A DNA stretch of 64,000 nucleotides, from assembly GCA_964658455.1 (NCBI GenBank), contig CAZZZA010000001.1, forward strand, positions 3,705-67,704. Direction: 5' to 3'. The position numbers and the translations under genes are program-made. Positions 43,856-53,616 of this stretch are shown in pieces. The stretch comes from an uncultured Lichenihabitans sp. (GTDB taxonomy: Bacteria; Pseudomonadota; Alphaproteobacteria; Acetobacterales; Acetobacteraceae). Position 1 is the first letter of the stretch. Every line of letters starts with the position of its first letter. The notes below the pieces were generated by a model that saw nothing but the letters and a program-made list of their open reading frames with translations, did not search any database and was not told the DNA's origin.

Positions 43856-44796
43856 TTTCGATGAACTGCCAGGCAGTGTACTTGCAGGTGCCGCAGAAAT
43901 CGATGATAGCTTGAATCATCGATTGTGACCTCCTCACGTATCAAGAGGCCTACCGAGCCGGTGCCGGCCCCCTTCGCGGTGCCCTCCAGCCCAAGCGCCA
44001 CGGCAATCTTTTTGCTGCGATCTTGGGCGCGCCGGCTCGCCCGTGCCGCGATCCGTTGCAAGCGCTCGGCGCGGGTAGCATTTGTGGTCCGTTCGGCAAT
44101 GCCGGCCGCCGCTGCCGCCGTCGCGCGGTCCAGGGTGCGTAATTCCCTTATTTCAGCAACCTCTTTCAAGAGCTTGACGCTGCCATAGCCGATATCGGGC
44201 AAGGTTGCGATGGTGGCGAAAATCCGGAGACCCTCCGTCTTTTTTTTAAAGTCTTCTGCCCCTTCGTCGTCTCCGTTCAGTTCCATGCCATACGCGAAAC
44301 CGTCAGTCGCAAGGAGGAATCCACCGCCTATCAAGCCGAAGAAGGCGATTACGCTCAATCCAGTTGGTATCAACGCAATCGATAGTGCGACGCAGACGAC
44401 ATCCAACGCCACCCCCACCCCGTCGTCGCGGTGGGTGGTGAGCATGCGGTTGAGCGCCTGGTCCACTGCCCGGCCCATCGCCAGTTCGGCCTGACCCTCG
44501 GCGATCGCCCTGCGGCCCTCCGCTTCCATGACGCGGTCGATGAACGCGCGGACGCGTGGCCAGAAGCCGGAGGGCGGCCTGGGGATCGGCGGTGGCTGGT
44601 TCCAGTCGAAGATCGCGACGGTGCCGATGCCGTCGCCGTCGCGCTTCGGCGCGCGCAGCGGGTAGATGTTGCCGTTGGCGGTCCAGACGATGCCGGTTTC
44701 CGGATCGCAGGCGCGATCGACGAAGCGGGTGAGACAGAAGCGGGCATCGTTGAGGTCGGTGTAGGGACCCCATTCCGGGCTCAAGCTGAGAGGCAC
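43852..44796 (-). CDS. uncharacterised protein A: soluble N-terminal domain, central hydrophobic helical hairpin, Arg/Ala-rich C-terminal domain with a His/Cys tail
   Basis: 314 aa with no signal peptide. The hydrophobic hairpin is VGVALDVVCVALSIALIPTGLSVIAFFGLIGGGFLLATDGFAYG (residues about 127-170). The C-terminus is YHRFLRHLQVHCLAVHRK. I recognise no family. Confidence 0.7.
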   Translation of the reverse strand: MPLSLSPEWGPYTDLNDARFCLTRFVDRACDPETGIVWTANGNIYPLRAPKRDGDGIGTVAIFDWNQPPPIPRPPSGFWPRVRAFIDRVMEAEGRRAIAEGQAELAMGRAVDQALNRMLTTHRDDGVGVALDVVCVALSIALIPTGLSVIAFFGLIGGGFLLATDGFAYGMELNGDDEGAEDFKKKTEGLRIFATIATLPDIGYGSVKLLKEVAEIRELRTLDRATAAAAAGIAERTTNATRAERLQRIAARASRRAQDRSKKIAVALGLEGTAKGAGTGSVGLLIREEVTIDDSSYHRFLRHLQVHCLAVHRK

Positions 44797-44903
44797 GTGG
44801 CGCTGTCCCTATCCATCGCTGCGGCGTTCGTTATCACGCGGCAACGAGCGGCCCGTTGCATCACGAGCCCGTGAGCGGTGCCGGCCGGCCGTGTGCCCGC
44901 CGG

Positions 44904-45713
44904 TCAGCAGGCGGCGGCGTGGATGCGCGCCACCGAGCCGTCATTGGAGGGCACCAGCTCGAGCACCAGGTCGTCGCGGAAGGCGACGTTGCCGCGATGC
45001 GGTCCGGCGGCGTTGCTGACGATCCTGGTGCCGCCGGGGCGGGTCAGCATCTCGGTGCGGTGGGTGTGGCCGTGCACCCAGAGATCGACCAGCCCGGTAT
45101 CGGTCAGGTGCGACAGGTCGGAGGCGGAGTTCCCGGCCGCCCAGCTGCCCCACAGATGCTCCGGCATGCAGGCCGGATGCGGCGCGTGATGCGTCACCAC
45201 CACCACCGGCCTGCCATCCTTCGGGCCGGAGAGCTGCATCTCCAAGCGCGTGCGCAGCTGCGCGTGCAGGCGGGCGGCATCGGCGTTGGTGAGCTGTCTG
45301 GTGCCCTCGACGCCGGCGGAGACCGCGATCTGTTCGCCGGTGCGGGAGGCCGGCGGCAGCCGGTAGCCGCCCAGGGCGCCGTCGGCCCAGAGCGTGCCGC
45401 CGAGGAAGCGCAGGCCGGCGATCTCGACCTCGTCGCCCTCGAGCAGGGTGATGCCCAGCCGGTCGGCCTCCTGCCGCGCCGCGGCCAGGTCGCCCGGCAC
45501 GCTGCCGTTCCAGTATTCGTGGTTGCCCATCACGAACACCGCCGGCTTGCCGCAGGCGAGCCCGGCGACCACCCGCAACGCCCGGTCCGGGTCGCCCTGG
45601 AACACGTCGCCGGCCACCACCAGCACGTCGAAATCCGGCCGCTCCGGCTGGTAGGATTGCGGGTAGTTCCTGGATTCGAGATGCAGGTCGGACAGGATCC
45701 ACAGCCGGGTCAT
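44904..45713 (-). CDS. metallophosphoesterase (calcineurin-like)
   Basis: Last 269 codons of ORF 44904..46742: LWILSDLHLE...VVAGDVF...MGNHEYW...VVVTHHAP...VHGHTH. Its ATG overlaps the serB stop. Confidence 0.8.
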   Translation of the reverse strand: MTRLWILSDLHLESRNYPQSYQPERPDFDVLVVAGDVFQGDPDRALRVVAGLACGKPAVFVMGNHEYWNGSVPGDLAAARQEADRLGITLLEGDEVEIAGLRFLGGTLWADGALGGYRLPPASRTGEQIAVSAGVEGTRQLTNADAARLHAQLRTRLEMQLSGPKDGRPVVVVTHHAPHPACMPEHLWGSWAAGNSASDLSHLTDTGLVDLWVHGHTHRTEMLTRPGGTRIVSNAAGPHRGNVAFRDDLVLELVPSNDGSVARIHAAAC

Positions 45714-46612
45714 TCGCGAAAATCCGCCGCCCGGTAGCCCTGCGCGAACAGCGCCGCCCGCAGGTCGGCATGCTCGATCCGGTTGGCGGTCTGTTCGGCG
45801 ACCACCGGCTTGGCATGGAAGGCGATGCCCAGGCCGGCGGCGCGCAGCATGTCCAGGTCGTTGGCGCCGTCGCCGATCGCCAGCGTCGCGCGAAGCTGCA
45901 GCGACCGGGCGGCGGCGAGCGTGCGCAGCGATTCCAGCTTGGCGGCGCGCCCCAGGATCGGCTGCGCGACCTTGCCGGTGAGCCGGCCGGCCTCGATGCC
46001 GAGCTGGTTGGCGTGGTGCACCTCGAACCCGCAGGCCGAGGCGACCTTCGCAGTGAACCAGGTGAAGCCGCCGGAGACCAGGGCGGTCAGCGCGTTGTGG
46101 GCGCGCATGGTGGCGACCAGGGTGCGGGCGCCGGGTGTCAGCCGGGTCTCGGCCCAGGTCGCGTCGAGCTGCGCGGCGTCGAGCCCCTTCAGCAGCCCGA
46201 CGCGCTCGCGCAGCGCGGCGTCGAAATCGATCTCGCCATTCATCGACCGCCTGGTGATCTCGGCGACACGCGCGCCGACCCCGGCGCGGGCGGCGAGATC
46301 GTCCAGCGTCTCGGAGGTGACGATGGTGCTGTCCATGTCGGCGACCAGCAGGCCCTTGCGCCGGCCGCGCGCGCGGGTCAGCAACACGTCGATCGCCCGG
46401 TCGGCGAACCGGGCGCGGATCGCCGGCAGGCCGGGGTTGGTGTCGGAGAAGGCGGTCGAGGGGGCCGGGCAGGGGATATCCACCGCCTCGCCATCGGACA
46501 GCGCGACCGCCGCCTGGCCGGAAACCAGCTCGCGTGCTTCCTCGATCGCCGCCCGGGTGAGGGTCGTGGAATCGCGGCGGGCAACCAGGGTCAGCACGAA
46601 AGGCAGCGTCAT
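45710..46612 (-). CDS. serB: phosphoserine phosphatase
   Basis: LLVADMDSTIV (HAD motif I DxDST), SGG and GDGANDL motifs. Confidence 0.85.
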   Translation of the reverse strand: MTLPFVLTLVARRDSTTLTRAAIEEARELVSGQAAVALSDGEAVDIPCPAPSTAFSDTNPGLPAIRARFADRAIDVLLTRARGRRKGLLVADMDSTIVTSETLDDLAARAGVGARVAEITRRSMNGEIDFDAALRERVGLLKGLDAAQLDATWAETRLTPGARTLVATMRAHNALTALVSGGFTWFTAKVASACGFEVHHANQLGIEAGRLTGKVAQPILGRAAKLESLRTLAAARSLQLRATLAIGDGANDLDMLRAAGLGIAFHAKPVVAEQTANRIEHADLRAALFAQGYRAADFRE

Positions 46613-46723
46613 GCGTGGAAAAGCCGCGGCTGGTTATGATGGTTGGGGGACATGGCGGATCATGGCGTACGACGATGGCGGCTTGGTGGCAGGGATGACC
46701 ATGACAGGCAAGGCGGGTCAGCC

Positions 46724-47713
46724 ATGCAACCCATAGGCGCAAATCATTGCTTGATCGTTACCGGTCCGACCTGCAGCGGCAAATCCAGCCTGGCGCTCGC
46801 CCTGGCGGTCCGGCTGGGCGGGACCGTCATCAACGCCGACTCCATGCAGATCTATGCCGGCCTGCGGGTCTTGACCGCGCAGCCCGATGCGGCGGACGCG
46901 GTGCCGGCGCCGCACCGCCTCTACGGCGTGCGGCCGCCGTCCGAGCCGGGCAGCGTCGCCTGGTGGCGGGCAGCCGCGCTGGCGGCGCTGCAGGAGGCCT
47001 GGGATTGCGGGCGGCTGCCGATCCTGTGCGGCGGCACCGGGCTCTACCTGCGGGCGCTGACCGACGGGCTGGTCAGGATCGCCGATCCGGGCGCGGCGGC
47101 CCGCGGCGAGGCCCGGGCGCTGCTGACCGAGATCGGCGCGGCGGCGCTGCACGACCGCCTGGCCGCCGCCGACCCGGACAGCGCCGCGCGCCTGCGCCCC
47201 TCGGACGCGCAGCGCATCGCCCGCGCCTGGGAGGTGTGGCGCGGCACCGGGCGCGGCATGGCGTCCTGGGCGAAGGAGGATCCGCTGCCACCGGCCCCCT
47301 GCCGGTTCACCGCGATCCGTCTGGACCCGCCCAGGGAGGCGTTGCGCGCCGCGATCGCCCAGCGGTTCGCCGCCATGCTGGAGCAGGGGGCAATCGACGA
47401 GGTGCGGTCGCTGCTGGCGCTCGGCCTGCCCGCGGACCTGCCGGCGATGCGCGCGCACGGGGTGCCGGAACTGGGCGCGTATCTGCGCGGGGCATCGACG
47501 CTGGACGAGGCAGGGCGCCACGCGATCCTGGCGCAGGGGCGCTACACCAAGCGCCAGGCCACCTGGTTCGCGCATCATCCGCTGGCGCCGCCGGCGCACA
47601 CGCTAATTTTAAGCAAGCGCATAGCTGGTATGACGCAAGATTTGGAAAGAATCGTCGGGGAATTGATACCGTTCATTGTCGGTGCCGTTGACGCGGCGTC
47701 GCTGCGGGCATAG
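46724..47713 (+). CDS. miaA: tRNA dimethylallyltransferase
   Basis: VTGPTCSGKSSLALALA...INADSMQIY...LTAQP...YTKRQ.TWF. Start taken at the ATG at 46724. Confidence 0.88.
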   Translation: MQPIGANHCLIVTGPTCSGKSSLALALAVRLGGTVINADSMQIYAGLRVLTAQPDAADAVPAPHRLYGVRPPSEPGSVAWWRAAALAALQEAWDCGRLPILCGGTGLYLRALTDGLVRIADPGAAARGEARALLTEIGAAALHDRLAAADPDSAARLRPSDAQRIARAWEVWRGTGRGMASWAKEDPLPPAPCRFTAIRLDPPREALRAAIAQRFAAMLEQGAIDEVRSLLALGLPADLPAMRAHGVPELGAYLRGASTLDEAGRHAILAQGRYTKRQATWFAHHPLAPPAHTLILSKRIAGMTQDLERIVGELIPFIVGAVDAASLRA

Positions 47714-47789
47714 AGCACGCCACCGCGGTGCGCCATGCCGGCGGGGAGCGACGCTCTCCCCGGCGGGGCGCCAGCCCAGGAGCCAGACC

Positions 47790-49625
47790 ATGAACGCCCC
47801 GATCGACCCGAAGGACGCCTCGCCCGGCGACACGCTCGGCACCTCCGCGCTCAACGGCGCCGCGGTGCTGCTGCGCGTCCTGCAGGAGCAGCGGGTCGAG
47901 ATCGTGTTCGGCTATCCGGGCGGGGCGGTGCTGCCGATCTACGACGCGCTGTTCAAGCAGAACTCGGTGCGCCACATCCTGGTGCGTCACGAGCAGGCCG
48001 CCGTGCATGCGGCGGAGGGCTATGCGCGCTCGACCGGCAAGGTCGGCGTGGTGCTGGTGACCTCCGGACCGGGCGCGACCAATGCCGTCACCGGGCTGGT
48101 GGACGCGCTGATGGATTCGATCCCGGTGGTGTGCCTGACCGGCCAGGTGCCGACGCACATGATCGGCAACGATGCGTTCCAGGAGGCCGACACCACCGGC
48201 ATCACCCGGCCCGCCACCAAGCACAACTACCTGGTCAAGCGCCCCGGCGACCTCGCGCGGACCGTGCACGAGGCGTTCTACGTGGCGCGCAGCGGCCGCC
48301 CCGGCCCGGTGGTGGTGGATCTGCCCAAGGACATCATGGTGGGGCAGGCGCCCTATGTCCCGGCCTCCGAGGCGCCGCACCGGTCCTACCGGCCGATCCG
48401 CGAACCGGCGCGCGCGGCGATCGCCGATGCGGTGGCGGCGATGCGGCGCGCCAGGCGTCCGTTGTTCTATACCGGCGGCGGGGTGATCAATGCCGGGCCG
48501 GCCGCCTCGGTGGCACTCGGACGGCTGGTGCGGCTGACCGGCTTTCCCTGCACCTCGACGCTGATGGGGCTCGGCGCCTACCCGACCACCGATCCGCAGT
48601 TCCTCGGCATGCTCGGCATGCACGGCACCTTCGAGGCCAACCTCGCCACCCATGGCTGCGACCTGCTGATCAATCTCGGCGCCAGGTTCGACGACCGCGT
48701 CACCGGGCGGCTGGACGCGTTCTCGCCGCACTCCACCAAGATCCACGTCGATATCGACCCGTCCTCGATCAACAAGATCGTCCAGGTCGACATCCCGGTG
48801 GTCGGCGATGCCGGCCGGGCGATCGAGATGATGATCGAGGCCTGGCAGGGGTCCGAGATCACGCCGGAAGGCGAACCGCAGCGCGAGCATCTGGCGGCCT
48901 GGTGGCGGCAGATCGACAGCTGGCGCGCCGTCGACAGCCTGGCGTTCAAGCAGGACCAGGCGCCCTCGGCGATCATCAAGCCGCAGCAGGCGATCCGCCG
49001 CCTCTACGACCTGTCGCGCGAGACCGGGCGCGACACCTTCATCACCACCGAGGTCGGTCAGCACCAGATGTGGGCGGCGACGCACTTCCAGTATGACAAG
49101 CCGAACCGCTGGATGACGTCGGGCGGGCTGGGTACGATGGGCTACGGCCTGCCGGCGGCGGTGGGCGTGCAGATCGGCAATCCCGACGCGCTGGTCATCG
49201 ACATCGCCGGTGAGGCCTCGACGCTGATGAACATCCAGGAACTCGGCACGATCGCCCAGTATCGCCTGCCGGTGAAGCTGTTCATCCTGAACAACCGCTA
49301 CATGGGCATGGTGCGGCAGTGGCAGGAGCTGCTGCACGGATCGCGCTATTCCGAAAGCTACAGCGAGGCGCTGCCGGATTTCGTGAAGCTGGCGGAAGCG
49401 TTCCATGCCACCGGGATGCGGGCGACCAACATGGGCGAACTCGACGACGTGATCCGCGCCATGCTCGCGCATGACGGACCGGTGGTGGCCGACATCTGCG
49501 TCGACCAGATGGAGAACTGCTACCCGATGATCCCGTCCGGCGCCGCGCACAACGAGATGATTCTCGGCGAGGCGCAGAGCGATCAGGCGGCGCGGATCAC
49601 CGACGAGGGGCTGATGCTGGTCTAG
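47790..49625 (+). CDS. ilvB: acetolactate synthase large subunit
   Basis: NGAAVLLRVLQEQRVEIVFGYPGGAVLPIYDAL...GLGTMGYGLPAA (TPP-binding). Confidence 0.92.
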   Translation: MNAPIDPKDASPGDTLGTSALNGAAVLLRVLQEQRVEIVFGYPGGAVLPIYDALFKQNSVRHILVRHEQAAVHAAEGYARSTGKVGVVLVTSGPGATNAVTGLVDALMDSIPVVCLTGQVPTHMIGNDAFQEADTTGITRPATKHNYLVKRPGDLARTVHEAFYVARSGRPGPVVVDLPKDIMVGQAPYVPASEAPHRSYRPIREPARAAIADAVAAMRRARRPLFYTGGGVINAGPAASVALGRLVRLTGFPCTSTLMGLGAYPTTDPQFLGMLGMHGTFEANLATHGCDLLINLGARFDDRVTGRLDAFSPHSTKIHVDIDPSSINKIVQVDIPVVGDAGRAIEMMIEAWQGSEITPEGEPQREHLAAWWRQIDSWRAVDSLAFKQDQAPSAIIKPQQAIRRLYDLSRETGRDTFITTEVGQHQMWAATHFQYDKPNRWMTSGGLGTMGYGLPAAVGVQIGNPDALVIDIAGEASTLMNIQELGTIAQYRLPVKLFILNNRYMGMVRQWQELLHGSRYSESYSEALPDFVKLAEAFHATGMRATNMGELDDVIRAMLAHDGPVVADICVDQMENCYPMIPSGAAHNEMILGEAQSDQAARITDEGLMLV

Positions 49626-49714
49626 GCGCCCGGCCGCCGGCCGCCGAAACGAAACCGTCCCATCATGCGGATCGCGCGGCGAGCGCCACGCGCGCGCCGA
49701 TCCAGGAAACCGCC

Positions 49715-51281
<1,567 letters not shown>

Positions 51282-51314
51282 CCCTGGGCGCGGCAGCGGC
51301 GTGCTGCCGCGCTT

Positions 51315-51527
51315 CTACCCTTCGAGCGAACGCGCCTCGTCGGGGAGCATGATCGGGATGCCGTCGCGGACCGGGAACGCCAGCCCGGCCTTCTGGCTGA
51401 TCAGCTCGCCGGCCTCGCGGTCGTAGCGCAACGGCCCCTTGGTCAGCGGGCAGACCAGTATCTCGAGCAGGCGCGGATCGATCGCGGTCGGCCGTGCCGG
51501 TTCAACAGGCGATGTCGGGTCGGTCAT
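51315..51527 (-). CDS. Trm112-family protein (UPF0434)
   Basis: [17 protein letters not shown]...ELIS...[14 protein letters not shown]. Start taken at MTDPTSP. Confidence 0.8.
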   Translation of the reverse strand: MTDPTSPVEPARPTAIDPRLLEILVCPLTKGPLRYDREAGELISQKAGLAFPVRDGIPIMLPDEARSLEG

Positions 51528-51556
51528 CTCTTCCTCTCGCACACGCAGCGCCGGGA

Positions 51557-52282
51557 TCATACCGCGCGCTGGCCGTCCTCGTCGGTTTCGTGCTCGGCCA
51601 TCTCGAGCAGCGCCCGCAACGTCCTGGCGCGATCGGGCAGGGTCGGCGCCTCCAGCAGCGCCTGCTTCTCCGCCGGCGGGAACGGGCAGATCATGCTCAG
51701 CGTGGTCAGCAGGGTCTCGTCGTCCATCTGGTCGATCGCGTCCCAGCGCGCCTCGAAGCCGCGATGGTGGAAATAGCGCCGCAGCGCGCCGACCAGCGCC
51801 GCGCGGTCGAACGCCACCTCGTCCACCGCGGCCAGATCCTGCTCGAACCCGGCATAGGAGACCGACAGGCGGCGATAGGGGGTGTCGCTGGCGATCTCCG
51901 AGACCACGCGGAACCGCGCGATACCGGTCAGGGTCAGGCTGCTGGTGCCGTCCTCGCGCTCGGAGAACGCGGTCAGCCGACCCACGCAGCCGACCGCGAA
52001 CAGGCTGGGCGAGCTGTCATCCTGGACCGCCTCCTCGACCGCCTCCGGGTCGAGATCGAGGCCGGGCGGCGCGTCGCTGGGCTGGATCATGCCGAGCAGC
52101 CGGTTGCCGGCGAGCACGTCCTCCACCAGCGCCTGGTAGCGCGGCTCGAAGATGTTGAGCGGCAGCTTGCCGCGCGGCAGAAGCAGCGCGCCCGGCAGCG
52201 GGAACACCGGCAGCTCGGCCGGCAGTGCTGCGATCCGCAGATCGCGCAGCCGTGGCACCCTGCGAACGAAGCGGCTTGCCAT
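51557..52282 (-). CDS. LON-domain (ATP-dependent protease La N-terminal substrate-binding domain) protein
   Basis: Last 241 codons of ORF 51557..54748: [30 protein letters not shown]. Confidence 0.8.
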   Translation of the reverse strand: MASRFVRRVPRLRDLRIAALPAELPVFPLPGALLLPRGKLPLNIFEPRYQALVEDVLAGNRLLGMIQPSDAPPGLDLDPEAVEEAVQDDSSPSLFAVGCVGRLTAFSEREDGTSSLTLTGIARFRVVSEIASDTPYRRLSVSYAGFEQDLAAVDEVAFDRAALVGALRRYFHHRGFEARWDAIDQMDDETLLTTLSMICPFPPAEKQALLEAPTLPDRARTLRALLEMAEHETDEDGQRAV

Positions 52283-52317
52283 GCGTGCGTTCCCCCTGCG
52301 AACCCGTTCCCTGGCCG

Positions 52318-53295
52318 CTAGCTGAACAACAGGGCCGACATGCGACGCCGTCCGGCCAGGGTGGCCGGGTCGTCGAACCCCCAGGCCTCGAAGAACCGGA
52401 TCAGCTGCAGCCGCGCCGCCCCCTCGTTCCACGAGCGGTCGCGCCTCAGGATCTCGAGCAGGGCGTCGGCGGCTTCGGTGCGCCGGCCCAGCGCATTGAG
52501 GCCGGTGGCGAGTTCGTAGCGCGCCGCGTGGTCGTTGGGATCGGCGGCGAGCCGGTCCTGGATCCCGCCCAGCGCGTCGGCGACCTTGCGTCCCTCGGCG
52601 GCGAGGGTCAGCGCGGCGCGGGCGCCGGTGATCTCGACATGCTCGGCGAGCTTGGCCGGCGCCTGGTCGAGCACCGCCAGCGCCTGGTCTTCCTCGCCCA
52701 GCGCCAGCAGCGCGCGGGCCAGGCCGCCCCAGCCTTCCGGGCTCTCCGGATCCTGTTCGAGCAGTGCCGAGAACAGGGCGGCGCCTTCCTCCGTGCGCCC
52801 CTCCTCGATCGCGGCGCGGGCCTCGGCGAGCAGGTCGGCGGATGGCATGCTGCCCCCGGCCTGCTTGAGCAGCGCCTCGACGAAGCGCTTGATCTCGCTC
52901 TCCGGCAAGGCACCCTGGAACATGTCGAGGATCTGGCCCTGCCAGAACGCCGCCACGGTCGGCACCGACTGCACCGGCAACCCGACCTGCGCCAGCTGTG
53001 ACACCAGGGCGCGGTTGGCGTCGATGTCGATCTTGACCAGCCGGATGCGGCCGCCGGCGGCCCGGGTGACCTTCTCCAGTGTCGGGGTCAGCGTCTTGCA
53101 GGGCTGGCACCAGGTCGCCCAGAAATCCACCAGCACCGGGATCTGCCGGCTGGCCTCGATCACGTCGGCCATGAAGCTGGTCTGGTCGCCGTCGATGATG
53201 ATGGCCGCGTCCGCCTCCAGGGCGGACGCCCCGGCCTGCGGGCCGGTGGCCCGGCCCTGCGTGTCGCCGCGATTCTGGCCGATGATGTAATCCAT
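52318..53295 (-). CDS. thioredoxin-domain plus TPR co-chaperone (YbbN/CnoX-like)
   Basis: VLVDFWATWCQPCK thioredoxin-fold motif, followed by TPR-like Ala-rich repeats. Confidence 0.85.
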   Translation of the reverse strand: MDYIIGQNRGDTQGRATGPQAGASALEADAAIIIDGDQTSFMADVIEASRQIPVLVDFWATWCQPCKTLTPTLEKVTRAAGGRIRLVKIDIDANRALVSQLAQVGLPVQSVPTVAAFWQGQILDMFQGALPESEIKRFVEALLKQAGGSMPSADLLAEARAAIEEGRTEEGAALFSALLEQDPESPEGWGGLARALLALGEEDQALAVLDQAPAKLAEHVEITGARAALTLAAEGRKVADALGGIQDRLAADPNDHAARYELATGLNALGRRTEAADALLEILRRDRSWNEGAARLQLIRFFEAWGFDDPATLAGRRRMSALLFS

Positions 53296-53461
53296 GGAAG
53301 GTGGTTCCCGCGTCTGCGTCCGGCGGCAGCCGTCTCACTCGTGGCATCAATGTCGGCGTCCCCCGGCCCCGGTGCAAGCGCCCGACGGTTGCACGCGCCC
53401 GGAAAACCGCCTCTTGCACTCCCCGCCGAACCGCCGTAGAAGCCCGCCAACGCACGGGAGC

Positions 53462-53536
53462 GCGGGCGTAGCTCAGGGGTAGAGCACAACCTTGCCAAGG
53501 TTGGGGTCGAGGGTTCGAATCCCTTCGCCCGCTCCA
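53462..53536 (+). tRNA. tRNA-Gly (anticodon GCC), CCA encoded
   Basis: Hand-folded cloverleaf: acceptor GCGGGCG/CGCCCGC, D arm GCTC-AGGGGTA-GAGC, anticodon arm CAACC-TTGCCAA-GGTTG, T arm GAGGG-TTCGAAT-CCCTT, discriminator T, then CCA. Confidence 0.93.
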
Positions 53537-53599
53537 ATTTCCGGTCCCTGCCAAGCCAGCCGCCGAAGCGTCCCAACCAACAGCTTGTCGGCGTTCCAA

Positions 53600-53612
53600 C
53601 CCCCCCCCCCCC
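53600..53612. repeat. homopolymeric C13 tract
   Basis: 13 consecutive C residues between the tRNA-Gly 3' end and the stop codon of the convergent MFS gene (53617). Confidence 0.9.
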
Positions 53613-53616
53613 GGCC

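Larger units (their letters stand above)
42599..44202 (-). repeat. diverged tandem direct repeat of about 0.77-0.78 kb (unit 1: 43421-44202; unit 2: 42599-43368; 52-nt spacer)
   Basis: Protein-level alignment of the A C-terminus plus B against A' plus B'. Both units keep the ATGA stop/start overlap. Confidence 0.7.

Noticed and set aside
44904-45713. Metallophosphoesterase as a third component of the A/B cassette
   Set aside because: It has host-like GC and is ATGA-coupled to serB upstream. It is separated from A by a 107-nt spacer containing a hairpin, so it is more likely core. Co-transcription with A cannot be excluded and is mentioned in the main finding.
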